From an uncultured Gammaproteobacteria bacterium (lineage in GTDB: Bacteria > Patescibacteriota > Patescibacteriia > S139-126), in the NCBI GenBank assembly GCA_964493305.1, contig CAZBLW010000002.1, positions 142,812 to 206,811 of the forward strand: DNA of 64,000 nt. The letters are read 5' to 3'. Position numbers and translations under genes: made by a program. A model generated the notes under the pieces. It saw only the letters and a program-made list of their open reading frames with translations, had not been told where the DNA came from and did not search any database. Positions 8,959 through 18,540 of the stretch are shown one piece after another (position 1 is the first letter of the stretch; each line of letters opens with the position of its first letter).

Positions 8959-10027
8959 TGCCAGCCACTAACCATGTTTCCGTGCTTCCAGTGCCTTTAA
9001 TATCTACTCCTTTATTTTTTTCTTCCATATATTTAGGAAAATGTTTAGCTTTTTCGGCAATATGTTTATCGCCTGAGCTAAAATCTTCACCATAATATCG
9101 ATTGTCTTTTATTAATTCAGCGGCACTAGCTAAATATAATTCGAATTTTTGTCTTTTTCCTTTCATTATTAACCAATTTTCATCCAGTGTATATTTTATA
9201 CTTGAGGTGGGATGAAAGAATTGAGAGATTTCTTCATATATAGGATATTGAATAGTATAATCGGAAAAGGACGGCTTTCTTTGAACACTTGCATTAGAAT
9301 ATAGTTCCTTCCATTTTTTCCATTCAATACGAGGAATCAGGTTCTCTTCATCAATTTTGCATTGCGACAAGTCTTTTGGAAAAGCGCTACCAGAGAAAAT
9401 AAAAGTTCTCCATTTTAATAAATCAACAATATTTTGACTGAGTTCAAAATATTTTTTATATTTTTCCCCATCTCCCTCAAGCTCTTTTATATCCACCAAT
9501 AAGTCGATGCTGTTTTTATCTATCTTGTTTTTTGAAATAAAATCGGCAATGTCGCTATTTAATTTAGTTAAATCAGAAAAATCTGAACATACTAATCGTA
9601 AGCAAAGACCGCTTTTTATTTCATTGGCCAATGAGCAGACTGTGTCTTTTATCTCAGCATCATCATTTAAATGAACAACTGGAATAAAGATAGCCTGTTT
9701 TTTATTACCTGCCATTAAAATTGATTTTATGCTATCAATTTTTAGTTCGGTGGTGAACAATAAACTAAAATCAACAAAAATAGGACTCTTACCCCAAACT
9801 TCAATTATTCTATCCGGGATCAAGGGTAGTAGTTTTTTGAATTTTGTTACAACGCTCTCCAAAGTATCCTGGGGTTTTTGTTTCGGCATAACAAATTGGA
9901 TCAGTGGGGTAATATTTTTTTTATTTTCCTCAGCCAAACTCTCTAAAGCTCCTTGTTCGGCTCGTTTCCATTTCAATATTGGTATGTAGTGTTTCGAATT
10001 AAACATATTATTTAGTCCATTTTTCAT
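8909..10027 (-). CDS. Hypothetical protein, third gene of the higB / XRE-ImmA operon (possibly Beta-protein/sce7725-like)
   Basis: 372-aa ORF whose start overlaps the stop of the upstream peptidase gene by 20 bp. No confident motif. Its size and its adjacency to the PD-(D/E)xK protein resemble the sce7725/sce7726 pair, but that match is from memory. Confidence 0.35.
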   Translation of the reverse strand: MKNGLNNMFNSKHYIPILKWKRAEQGALESLAEENKKNITPLIQFVMPKQKPQDTLESVVTKFKKLLPLIPDRIIEVWGKSPIFVDFSLLFTTELKIDSIKSILMAGNKKQAIFIPVVHLNDDAEIKDTVCSLANEIKSGLCLRLVCSDFSDLTKLNSDIADFISKNKIDKNSIDLLVDIKELEGDGEKYKKYFELSQNIVDLLKWRTFIFSGSAFPKDLSQCKIDEENLIPRIEWKKWKELYSNASVQRKPSFSDYTIQYPIYEEISQFFHPTSSIKYTLDENWLIMKGKRQKFELYLASAAELIKDNRYYGEDFSSGDKHIAEKAKHFPKYMEEKNKGVDIKGTGSTETWLVAGINHHMTVAATQIANLS

Positions 10028-11240
10028 CAGGAAAGTAATTTCTTACTTTAGCCTCGTTGATAATTTTATTAAGATAAACGTATTTGTTGCCTTTGTGTCT
10101 AATTTGACCAGCAATAATGGCAACATGCACCCCCAGTTCTTTAGCGAGGCTATTTGCCGCCATTGAAGACGGAATTAGTCTTGCTGGACTGATTTCCCAT
10201 TTAGCTTTAGGCAACAACGATTCTTCGGCCAAGAAATCTGCCTCTTTTTCTTTTTCATCCAAATCAACTGGAGTTGTTTCTAATTCGTCATAGAACAAAC
10301 TAACATCTTGATTGTAGTGCAATGAAATATGAGCCAATTCGTGCATTAATGTAAACCAGAAATTATCTAGGCGGTCATATCTTAAAGTTAATCCAATAAT
10401 AGGATTTTCTTTGTTGACTAGAATCGCGGCTCCGTCTAAATACGTTTTAGAAAAATGAGGTTCGACCACCAAAATAATACCGATATCCTTAAGGTGTTTT
10501 TGCGCTAAAATAACCCCACCTTCTTTAGAACTTAATTTTACAAATTCTTGCATAAAATTAAGATCGACGGTGCCATCTTTGTATTTTTTTGTAGCTTTTA
10601 TTTTTTTAGCTTTTTGAATTACGCGATTTGACCAAGCGATTAACGCTCTTTTATCTGTAAGAGGAGACGATCTATAGTTTGATTTACGTAGCATTACTGC
10701 CATTTGTGGCTGAGCGCCAATTGAAGAAAAGAAATCTTTAAGCAAATCTAGTTTGCTAGATTTTTTAAGTGATTTATCACCAAAGTAGCCACGAGATTCC
10801 ATTTCTGTGACCAAACGATTATCCCAACCTTGATATTCGGAATTACTTTCTATCTCAGGTTTTCTTATTAAGACTTTTGCTGGAATTCCAAGCCCAACTT
10901 CTAAAGCCCTTACCATTTCTAGGGTGAGTGGACGTTTGCCTGAAAGTATTTCGGAGACTCTTCCTCTGCTTCCAATATATGGTATTAAGTCGGCAGGTTT
11001 AAGATCAGCTTGCTCCATTCTAAATTTAATTGCATCAATAGGATTAGGAAACGTTTCTGGCAAAGTGCGGGATTCATAGTCTTGAACGAGAGCGCTAAGC
11101 AAAGAAAGTTGTTCGCCTTCATCAGAATTAGGATCGGGGTCATGGCTTAATAGCACTTTGATTAAATCAAGCGCTTCTTTGTAGTCTGATTCAGTTTTTA
11201 TAAATTTAATTTTGCTCATATTTTTTAATTTAAATTCCAT
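10008..11240 (-). CDS. HigA-like XRE-family HTH fused to an ImmA/IrrE-family zinc metallopeptidase
   Basis: N-terminal HigA-type antitoxin HTH. C-terminal HEXXH (LMHELAHISLH) of the ImmA/IrrE (DUF955) peptidases. Overlaps the higB stop by 16 bp. Confidence 0.7.
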   Translation of the reverse strand: MEFKLKNMSKIKFIKTESDYKEALDLIKVLLSHDPDPNSDEGEQLSLLSALVQDYESRTLPETFPNPIDAIKFRMEQADLKPADLIPYIGSRGRVSEILSGKRPLTLEMVRALEVGLGIPAKVLIRKPEIESNSEYQGWDNRLVTEMESRGYFGDKSLKKSSKLDLLKDFFSSIGAQPQMAVMLRKSNYRSSPLTDKRALIAWSNRVIQKAKKIKATKKYKDGTVDLNFMQEFVKLSSKEGGVILAQKHLKDIGIILVVEPHFSKTYLDGAAILVNKENPIIGLTLRYDRLDNFWFTLMHELAHISLHYNQDVSLFYDELETTPVDLDEKEKEADFLAEESLLPKAKWEISPARLIPSSMAANSLAKELGVHVAIIAGQIRHKGNKYVYLNKIINEAKVRNYFPDEKWTK

Positions 11241-11512
11241 TTATCATATTCTTTATGAGTACCAATTTTTTCAACTAAAATTATCTTATTTTTATAATTG
11301 ACCGTGGTCAGCAACCTATACTTATTCCAACAAAAATTAAATACAACTTGCAGACCACCGACGAAGCTTGCCTTAGGATACCTCGACTTTAATTGGTGGG
11401 GAGTATCCCATTGAGCTTCCTCAACTTCCGCTTCCCATGACTCAATACTAGGCTTAGCATCGGCGTGTCTAGCTTTAAAATCGTGCAGTGTTGTTTTTCC
11501 TAGTAACTTCAT
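11225..11512 (-). CDS. higB: HigB-family type II toxin (RelE/ParE superfamily mRNA interferase)
   Basis: C-terminal ...VNYKNKIILVEKIGTHKEYDKW resembles the E. coli HigB/YgjN signature (...CYIREVMTHKEYD). 95 aa. First gene of the operon. Confidence 0.6.
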   Translation of the reverse strand: MKLLGKTTLHDFKARHADAKPSIESWEAEVEEAQWDTPHQLKSRYPKASFVGGLQVVFNFCWNKYRLLTTVNYKNKIILVEKIGTHKEYDKWNLN

Positions 11513-11595
11513 GTTTATTAATAATTACATTATGATATGCTCCCATATTGGGAATGATATACCATGTAATTAAATAAGTCAATAGGTTGCCCCAA

Positions 11596-11625
11596 AAATA
11601 CAAAATAACGCCGATACTGGCGTTA
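11596..11625 (-). terminator. Bidirectional rho-independent terminator ending the R-M operon
   Basis: aataacgcc-gatact-ggcgttatt hairpin flanked by A/T runs. Confidence 0.55.
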
Positions 11626-11654
11626 TTTTGTATAAAATTAACTGAATTTTTAGA

Positions 11655-12224
11655 TTATATAAACTTTATTCCGCTCCTCTTTAACTCATTTCTTATCTCA
11701 AGATAATCAGGCATCATCTTGGCGACCAAATTCCAAAACTTTTGTGAATGATTAAACTCTTTCAAGTGACAAAGCTCATGGACGATAATGTAATCGGCCA
11801 ACCTTTCGGGAAGCAGAGCAATTTTATAGTTAAAATTCAAATTACCTTTTCTTGAACAGCTACCCCAGCGAGTCTTCTGATTTTTAATATTAATCTTGTT
11901 GAATTTAAAGCCGTAAGTTTTGTTGAAATATTCAATTCGTTTTTCAGCCAAAGCCAACGCCTGATCTTTATATTCCGCGTAATCTTTTTTTGTACCTTTC
12001 GCAAACACCTGTCCAGAAATACTTTTAAAATAATCCAACTTATCAAGTATCCACTGCGATTTTCTAATTATGAATTGCTCAATGATATTCTCATTCATAT
12101 TCCGCGGAGCAGTTACCACAAAATTACCATCGCAATAGATAGCCAATCTCATTCGTCGAGCTCGCTTGCTCACCTTAAGGGTGTATTCTACTTTCTTTTT
12201 ATGTAGCTCGATTTTCTTCTTCAT
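11655..12224 (-). CDS. DUF45/YgjP-family (M48-like, WLM) zinc metallohydrolase
   Basis: HEXXH motif IVHELCHLKEFNHS. This family is commonly encoded next to type I hsdR genes. Gene start abuts the hsdR stop. Confidence 0.7.
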   Translation of the reverse strand: MKKKIELHKKKVEYTLKVSKRARRMRLAIYCDGNFVVTAPRNMNENIIEQFIIRKSQWILDKLDYFKSISGQVFAKGTKKDYAEYKDQALALAEKRIEYFNKTYGFKFNKINIKNQKTRWGSCSRKGNLNFNYKIALLPERLADYIIVHELCHLKEFNHSQKFWNLVAKMMPDYLEIRNELKRSGIKFI

Positions 12225-12226
12225 AA

Positions 12227-15139
12227 TTAAAATCGCTTAATCACTACATCCACTAATCTATTAAGATATTTGTGGAAATCAGAAACTTTTATTTTATCTT
12301 TGTAGTCTTTGAGAATTAATTCTTGCAGAGTTCGTTTTGCTTCTTTCAAAAATTCTTCTCTCTTAGATGAATCTTGCCAGTTTTCATCGAGAACATCTTC
12401 AAGTCGTGCGGCCATTTCTTTTACAAATTCCTTAACAATATCCTTATCAGATTCGCTGATAAATTCATCAGAGATTACAAATAGGCCGTATTCGCGGAGA
12501 GTGTAGCCCAATTCTTTAGCTTCTTCGGTCTTTGTCTTTATATCGTTTAGAAGTTCATAGTAGCGCTTTATTCTTTCTGCCAAATCAATCTGGTGCTTTT
12601 CAAATTCAACACGGATCGCGATAAGTCGCTCACTAAATTTCTTAAATGCCGGATGAGTATCAATGTTAATTGAAATCTCACGCTTTAACATCTTTTCAAG
12701 ATTAAGAGCCTTCTCTTCTTCGGGAAGTTTATCAAGCTTATTCAAAGTAGCTAAGTCGTGGATATTTAGTTCTCGGAAGTTTTTAGTGATACCTTCGTAG
12801 TCAATCTTCTGTTGAATTAAGCTCTTTATTTTCTCTCCGTATTCAGCAAGAGAAAAGGCGTCTACATCATCAATTTGGAATTCTTTGACGAACGCTAAAT
12901 AAAAACTGGTGATCCATTCAAACTTGCGTAGATATTCCATCAAGAATGGATCGGGTGAAAGAATCTCAAAAAGCATTTTTAGTCTGCCATATTTGTCTTT
13001 GAAGTATTGCTGTTTGCTTTGATTTTCAATAAATATCTTCAAGCATCGGCGTAAATTATCGATTGACGGATCTTCAATATTAACCCCGACGAACAATTCC
13101 ATTATTTCGCCAATAACTTTGGAGAATTCTTCTTTAAGGCGGTTGATATCCACCATCGCACTATCAACCACACTCTCATCAAAATTAAGAGCGTCGTAAA
13201 GATTTTTAGTCACGCCGTAGTAATCAATAATCTTGCCGCATCCTTTGTTTGGAAATACTCGATTTGTACGGGCGATCGCTTGAAGTAGGTTGTGATCACG
13301 AAGCGGTTTGTCCAAATACATCACTTGTTCAACTGGAGCATCAAAACCAGTTAAAAGCATGTCGCAGACAAGTAAGAATTTAAGTGGATGATTTGGATCT
13401 TTGAATTGATCAATAATTTTCTCTCGCTTCTGTTTATTAGTATTATATTTTTTCAAATCGTCGCTTTCGCTGTTCGGATCGCCTGGGGAGTAGACAACCT
13501 CTAACCATTCAGCAGGGACAAGCTTATCAAAAAGTTGTTTGTATTTAGCTGTGGCTTCGCGGTCATAACAAACCACTTGAGCCTTGAATCCGTTTGGCAA
13601 AACATAAAGCTTGTAATGCTCAATAATATCTTGAGCAACCGCCTCCATTCTTTTATCTAACTTAACAAGAGCTTCTTTTTTGCCGTATTTTTTAGTGAGT
13701 AATTCTTTTTGCTTGTCATTCAAGTCAACAGTTAATTCGTTGAATTGCTTGTCTACTTTTTCCTCATCAATAAAAAATTTGGAGAGACGAGCTTCGTATG
13801 TAACCGGCAAAGTAGCACCATCATCAATAGCCTGCTGAATAGAATAGTAATCAAGATATCGTTCGCCCTCTTCGCCAAAGTTTCTGTGAGTATTGAGGGT
13901 TAGCTTATCAATCGGCGTTCCTGTAAACCCAAAGAAGAATGCATCTTTAAAAGCATTACGCATCTTAATGGCCGAAATGCCTTCGTTATCTCGGTGGGCT
14001 TCATCAGAAAGCACAATAACATTGCCATCAATATTTTCTATATCTTCCAATTCGCTAAATTTCTGAATGGTTGAAATAAAGATACCTCGGTCGGCTCCTT
14101 TGATTTTCTTTTCAAGGTCTTTGCGTGATTCTATTCTGACGAGATTTTGTCCGCCCCAGCTTTCAAATTCTTCGTACACCTGATCATCAAGATCAATACG
14201 GTCAATCAAAATAAACACCTTAGGATTTTTTAGTTCTGGATTATAGCGAAGTTTCCAAGCAGTGAAAAACATTGTTAAGGTTTTACCAGATCCCTGAGTG
14301 TGCCAAATCAAACCTTTCTTTCTCTCGCCATCCTGAACACGAGCCACTATTTTATTGGCCGCGTAAAATTGCTGGTATCTAGTGATTTTCTTTGTGACTC
14401 CATCTTTCTTTTTCTCAAAAACTATAAAGTTTTTAATAAGATCAAGAATCTGCTTTTGATCCAGCAAAAAGAAAAGCGTGGAATCAAGTTCTTCTTCAAA
14501 TTTCTTCTCTTTTACCTGAGGGTCTTCACGCCACGCAAGGAAGTACTGTTTTGGGGAATAAGTCGTTCCATAAACGGTTTTAAGGCCATCGGTGGCGATA
14601 TTTAGACAGTTGGGTAGGAATAACTTAGGTGCTACTTTCTCATATCGCTTTAGCTGGTCAATAGCGTTCTCGAAACTGACACTGCTTGAAGCGGTGGGGC
14701 TTTTGGCCTCTATGTCACAAACCGGCAGACCATTAAGGAAAATCATCACATCAGGTCGAATGTTTTCAGTTACCCCTTCAAAATAGAATTGATTGGTAAC
14801 AACAAAGTGATTATTTTCAGGATTATCAAAATCAACAATCTTATAGTCACGGAAGTTGCCAGTGTTTGGATCTTTCAAATTGATACCATTTCGCGTCGCG
14901 AGCAAGAAAGCTTCATTTGTATCAAGCTTCTTAACTTCGCGCACCACACTTTGTGCAACAGTATCATCAACATCGTTTATTTTCTTAACTGCTTCTAAGA
15001 GATGGGTGGTGATAATAAACTCGGTTTCAAAAGCGCGAAGTTTGGAAAATTCTTCGGCCGGAATGTATTCATAGCCGAGCTTTTCTCGTATGAATTTTAT
15101 TATGTGATATTCAATTGTGTATTGTTCGTTAAATTTCAT
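12227..15139 (-). CDS. hsdR: Type I restriction enzyme R subunit (HsdR)
   Basis: SF2 helicase motifs HTQGSGKT (Walker A), DEAHR and QAIARTNR. 970 aa, typical HsdR size. Confidence 0.9.
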   Translation of the reverse strand: MKFNEQYTIEYHIIKFIREKLGYEYIPAEEFSKLRAFETEFIITTHLLEAVKKINDVDDTVAQSVVREVKKLDTNEAFLLATRNGINLKDPNTGNFRDYKIVDFDNPENNHFVVTNQFYFEGVTENIRPDVMIFLNGLPVCDIEAKSPTASSSVSFENAIDQLKRYEKVAPKLFLPNCLNIATDGLKTVYGTTYSPKQYFLAWREDPQVKEKKFEEELDSTLFFLLDQKQILDLIKNFIVFEKKKDGVTKKITRYQQFYAANKIVARVQDGERKKGLIWHTQGSGKTLTMFFTAWKLRYNPELKNPKVFILIDRIDLDDQVYEEFESWGGQNLVRIESRKDLEKKIKGADRGIFISTIQKFSELEDIENIDGNVIVLSDEAHRDNEGISAIKMRNAFKDAFFFGFTGTPIDKLTLNTHRNFGEEGERYLDYYSIQQAIDDGATLPVTYEARLSKFFIDEEKVDKQFNELTVDLNDKQKELLTKKYGKKEALVKLDKRMEAVAQDIIEHYKLYVLPNGFKAQVVCYDREATAKYKQLFDKLVPAEWLEVVYSPGDPNSESDDLKKYNTNKQKREKIIDQFKDPNHPLKFLLVCDMLLTGFDAPVEQVMYLDKPLRDHNLLQAIARTNRVFPNKGCGKIIDYYGVTKNLYDALNFDESVVDSAMVDINRLKEEFSKVIGEIMELFVGVNIEDPSIDNLRRCLKIFIENQSKQQYFKDKYGRLKMLFEILSPDPFLMEYLRKFEWITSFYLAFVKEFQIDDVDAFSLAEYGEKIKSLIQQKIDYEGITKNFRELNIHDLATLNKLDKLPEEEKALNLEKMLKREISINIDTHPAFKKFSERLIAIRVEFEKHQIDLAERIKRYYELLNDIKTKTEEAKELGYTLREYGLFVISDEFISESDKDIVKEFVKEMAARLEDVLDENWQDSSKREEFLKEAKRTLQELILKDYKDKIKVSDFHKYLNRLVDVVIKRF

Positions 15140-17322
15140 ATATTACTAATTCCTTCTAATTTCTTATAATGAAGCGGATCCAAGATTTTTACCAACTGAA
15201 ATGCTTCTTGAATTCGTTGATGGGCATTCGTTAATATTGAGTCATCAATTGATTCGGGATCGATGAATCCATGGGACCCATGATTGATAAAACGATACAT
15301 TTCCAGAGGATTAGCGCTAAAGGGGTTAGTCTCTTTTTCAGTAGTTTTAGTGGCTGACGAATATGCGCTTTCAAGAGTAGACCGCAAATCTCCAGTCGTA
15401 GAAAATTTGAATTCCAGAAAAGTTTCTAACCAGCGACGTAATAAATTAACAACCAAATGAGCATCTTCTAGATCACATGTATCCTTGTGTTTTGCCAAGA
15501 CGCTAAAAACATAATAATAATCTGACCTATGATCTCTGAGTAAGGGGTGTATGGCTTCAATAATGCATCCATTGCTTGTAGCCGCGAAACTAAACAATCT
15601 AACATCGCCACTTCCTATTTTTGATCTGAAATGCTCTCTTAGGTGGCCTAAAAAGTCTAAGTTGTGTGTTAATACAAAATATTGTCGCCCAGCATGATTT
15701 TTTATTTCATTTACAATAATTGAAAAAATTTGAAATATAGCTTGCTTATCTAAACTTGATACAGGATCATCAATCACAACAACACCGTCATCGGGAAGTT
15801 TATTTTGAGCATCGTTAATCGAATAAATGAAATAAGCCAGTGCAATAAAATTCTTCTCTCCTTCACTTAAACTAGAAAACGCACAGTTTGTTTCATCTCT
15901 TTTTAAGGCATATCCCTTACCATCATCAGCATCGGTAATTTCTATTTTTCTATAGGGGAATACGACTTTAAAGAGACGATTTAATGCTTGAGCTGGTTCA
16001 AGTGTATTTTTTACTTTTTGCTTTAATTCTTTAACTTGTGTATCTAATTTAGAAATCTCAAGAGTTATGGCTGACCTTTGATCTGTGGCTTTTGCAAAAA
16101 GCTCCTTTGCTCTGGCATATTCTTCGTATTGCTGTGCAACGAAATGTGTCTCAATAGCATAAGCAACAGAGGTAGCATCAGTTGAAGTTGGGTTTGTCAT
16201 TGGGGTTAATTTTGTTATATCGAGAGTATATGCAGTTTTTATCACGGAGATGGAAGTTCTCTTCTCTTTCAGGATCACTGCTAAGGCATCAAATATAGCT
16301 CTAACAAAATCAACATTTTGCTGTTGAGATTTGGATAATGAATCTAATTTAGCAAAACTGGTGGTATATCCTTCAATAATCTTTAAATATTCATCAATTG
16401 AGTTTATTGTCTTAACGACTTCGTCTGAAAAATGCTTGATTAGCTCTTCTGTGTTTGAAATATCAGAATTACAAAATAAACATTTCGCGAGTGGTTTTTC
16501 TTGATTAAAATGCAAACTGACACCCTGTTTAATCCAGCCAGTTTGGGTTTCATTTAGATCATCTATTCTTTTTGAGTGGACTTGTACTGGTTGTGATCCT
16601 AACCCATTATTTATATTTTCAATATTATCGATAAGCCATTTAGCGGCATTAGCTATTTCATTGTCATTTTTCGCCAACCTTTCAGTATTCATTAACTGAC
16701 CTTTTAATGAATCAACGTCTGCGCGTATTAATTCGGCGTGACTTTTAATTTTTCCATCAGCTATCTTTTTCTCTATATCTGCGATCCGCTTCTCAAAATC
16801 AGTTTTTGAATAACTGGCATAAGTACCAGCACCCACGAGTTGTTTCTTTATACTGTTTATTCCACCGACTTCTTTAATTACAACTGCGGTAGCGCTAGCA
16901 ATGTCATCGTGTTTTGTTGGTAGAATTATTTTATTTAATTCATCCTTTTTATCTTTTAATTTTTGTTCTTCAGCGTCGTAGCTCACCGCTTCTTTGCCAG
17001 CAAAAAAGATATAAGGAATTGTTGAACTTCCACGCAACGTTTCTTCAATATAGTTGCCATTAAAAATTCTTATATTGTTTTTTGTTAAATTTAAATCACA
17101 GGTATCGGTAATTTGCGAGGATTCAGTTTTAATCTTAAAGGTACAGCTATTTTCAATAATTCCATTTTCAAGACTACGCAACACATTTGAAAAAGTAGTT
17201 TTACCTGATCCGTTCCATCCAAAAAGTAAATTAACCCCATCAGCAAAATCAACCAAGGTTGGACCCCAGGAATAATTATGAAATCTTGCATGATTAAGTT
17301 TTTCGACTTTTTGAATCTTCAT
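15136..17322 (-). CDS. RloC/PrrC-like ABC-type ATPase (candidate anticodon nuclease) embedded in the type I R-M operon
   Basis: Walker A GWNGSGKTT, Walker B/D-loop VVVIDDPVSSLD and H-loop THN. A ~450-aa coiled-coil-like insert contains a CxxC motif (CLFCNSD), which is zinc-hook-like as in RloC. Its position between hsdS and hsdR matches prr locus architecture. C-terminal R-x3-E and His residues are consistent with an ACNase domain. Confidence 0.5.
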   Translation of the reverse strand: MKIQKVEKLNHARFHNYSWGPTLVDFADGVNLLFGWNGSGKTTFSNVLRSLENGIIENSCTFKIKTESSQITDTCDLNLTKNNIRIFNGNYIEETLRGSSTIPYIFFAGKEAVSYDAEEQKLKDKKDELNKIILPTKHDDIASATAVVIKEVGGINSIKKQLVGAGTYASYSKTDFEKRIADIEKKIADGKIKSHAELIRADVDSLKGQLMNTERLAKNDNEIANAAKWLIDNIENINNGLGSQPVQVHSKRIDDLNETQTGWIKQGVSLHFNQEKPLAKCLFCNSDISNTEELIKHFSDEVVKTINSIDEYLKIIEGYTTSFAKLDSLSKSQQQNVDFVRAIFDALAVILKEKRTSISVIKTAYTLDITKLTPMTNPTSTDATSVAYAIETHFVAQQYEEYARAKELFAKATDQRSAITLEISKLDTQVKELKQKVKNTLEPAQALNRLFKVVFPYRKIEITDADDGKGYALKRDETNCAFSSLSEGEKNFIALAYFIYSINDAQNKLPDDGVVVIDDPVSSLDKQAIFQIFSIIVNEIKNHAGRQYFVLTHNLDFLGHLREHFRSKIGSGDVRLFSFAATSNGCIIEAIHPLLRDHRSDYYYVFSVLAKHKDTCDLEDAHLVVNLLRRWLETFLEFKFSTTGDLRSTLESAYSSATKTTEKETNPFSANPLEMYRFINHGSHGFIDPESIDDSILTNAHQRIQEAFQLVKILDPLHYKKLEGISNI

Positions 17323-17330
17323 ATGCTTTT

Positions 17331-18539
17331 CTATTTGTTTGGTTTTACCCTAACCTTACCGCTCAACAAATCCTGCATCAGACCTTTTTTTAGCTTTATT
17401 AATGTCTCTTTGTACTTGGTATTAACTGAAATTTTTTCATCTGTTGAAGAAAGAATATCAGCAATCTTTTTTTGTTCGTTTTTCGGTGGCACTTTGATCA
17501 AAAGTGGATTTAATTTTTCTAGATTTATATTTTTCTGAGCAGATTGGGTGGAAATACTATTCAAGTATTCCTTTTGTGTTCGGAGATAATATTCTAGATA
17601 TATGGGATCAATTATTTCTGAGGGAGTAATACCTATCAAGCTATCTGGAAAGCATGAATCAAATTGTAATATTCCAGTGTCACCAATATTTGCCGCGATA
17701 GTAATAACTATTGTACCTTTCTTAAATAATCTGCTAACAGATAACCCTTTTTCATTTAGAGTTTGAGTATATGAAGAAATTTTGCCATTTGAATTAACAA
17801 CATCTCCTGTTTGAATAAAAGGAATATTGCCCCCATAAAATTCAGGAGCATTACGTGGTCGATGAGAAAACTTTCCACGCTCTACAGTCGCAATTTCAGA
17901 TAATTTTAAAATGTTCCATTCCTCGGGAATGGTGCCAATTGCTGTCTTTTTAAAATTTTTATGCCCAATACCCCTTATAAGGAGATCCTGCATCAATCCA
18001 TTTTTTAACTCTGTTGTTTGTTCTATGATGGAGTCTATTTTTTTAACCTCATCATCAACAGATGTTAATATCTCTACAATTCTCTTTTGCTCAGTCAAAG
18101 ACGGTTCCAAAACCTCGTACATTTTTCGTATCACACTTGGGTGTGCTTTTGTTTGATAGTCGAACTTAAAAAAAGAGTGCTCCCAGTCCAAAAGAAAAAA
18201 TAAGTACTTGTATATCAATCTGTCTTTTTTAAGAATACGTAATATTCCACTAACATTGGTCACTGAAAACTTATGTTTTGGTCGGTAAAAAAAATTACCA
18301 CCTCCATCAACTGACCACGTTATTAACTCTTCATCAAACATGAAAGGGTTGTATCTTCCAAACAAGGCTTCCTTATGAACTGAAGAAGAATATATGGGAT
18401 TATCACCTGGATTATTCCGAATATCATTTTTTGAAATTACATTTCCACGCGTTAATTCAATAACACCCGATGCAATATAATCATCGAGAAGCGAATGCCT
18501 CCAGTCATTGGGTATTGTTTTTTGATCTATTGCTCGCAT
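17331..18539 (-). CDS. hsdS: Type I R-M specificity subunit (HsdS)
   Basis: Two TRD halves each followed by the conserved LMQDLL repeat regions (KNGLMQDLLIRG, KKGLMQDLLSGKV). Confidence 0.85.
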   Translation of the reverse strand: MRAIDQKTIPNDWRHSLLDDYIASGVIELTRGNVISKNDIRNNPGDNPIYSSSVHKEALFGRYNPFMFDEELITWSVDGGGNFFYRPKHKFSVTNVSGILRILKKDRLIYKYLFFLLDWEHSFFKFDYQTKAHPSVIRKMYEVLEPSLTEQKRIVEILTSVDDEVKKIDSIIEQTTELKNGLMQDLLIRGIGHKNFKKTAIGTIPEEWNILKLSEIATVERGKFSHRPRNAPEFYGGNIPFIQTGDVVNSNGKISSYTQTLNEKGLSVSRLFKKGTIVITIAANIGDTGILQFDSCFPDSLIGITPSEIIDPIYLEYYLRTQKEYLNSISTQSAQKNINLEKLNPLLIKVPPKNEQKKIADILSSTDEKISVNTKYKETLIKLKKGLMQDLLSGKVRVKPNK

Positions 18540-18540
18540 G

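Noticed and set aside
12309-15074. Plus-strand ORFs 12309..12506, 14300..14605, 14592..14786, 14789..14998 and 14856..15074 inside hsdR
   Set aside because: These are antisense shadow ORFs within a strongly supported 970-aa HsdR gene. Low-complexity translations.
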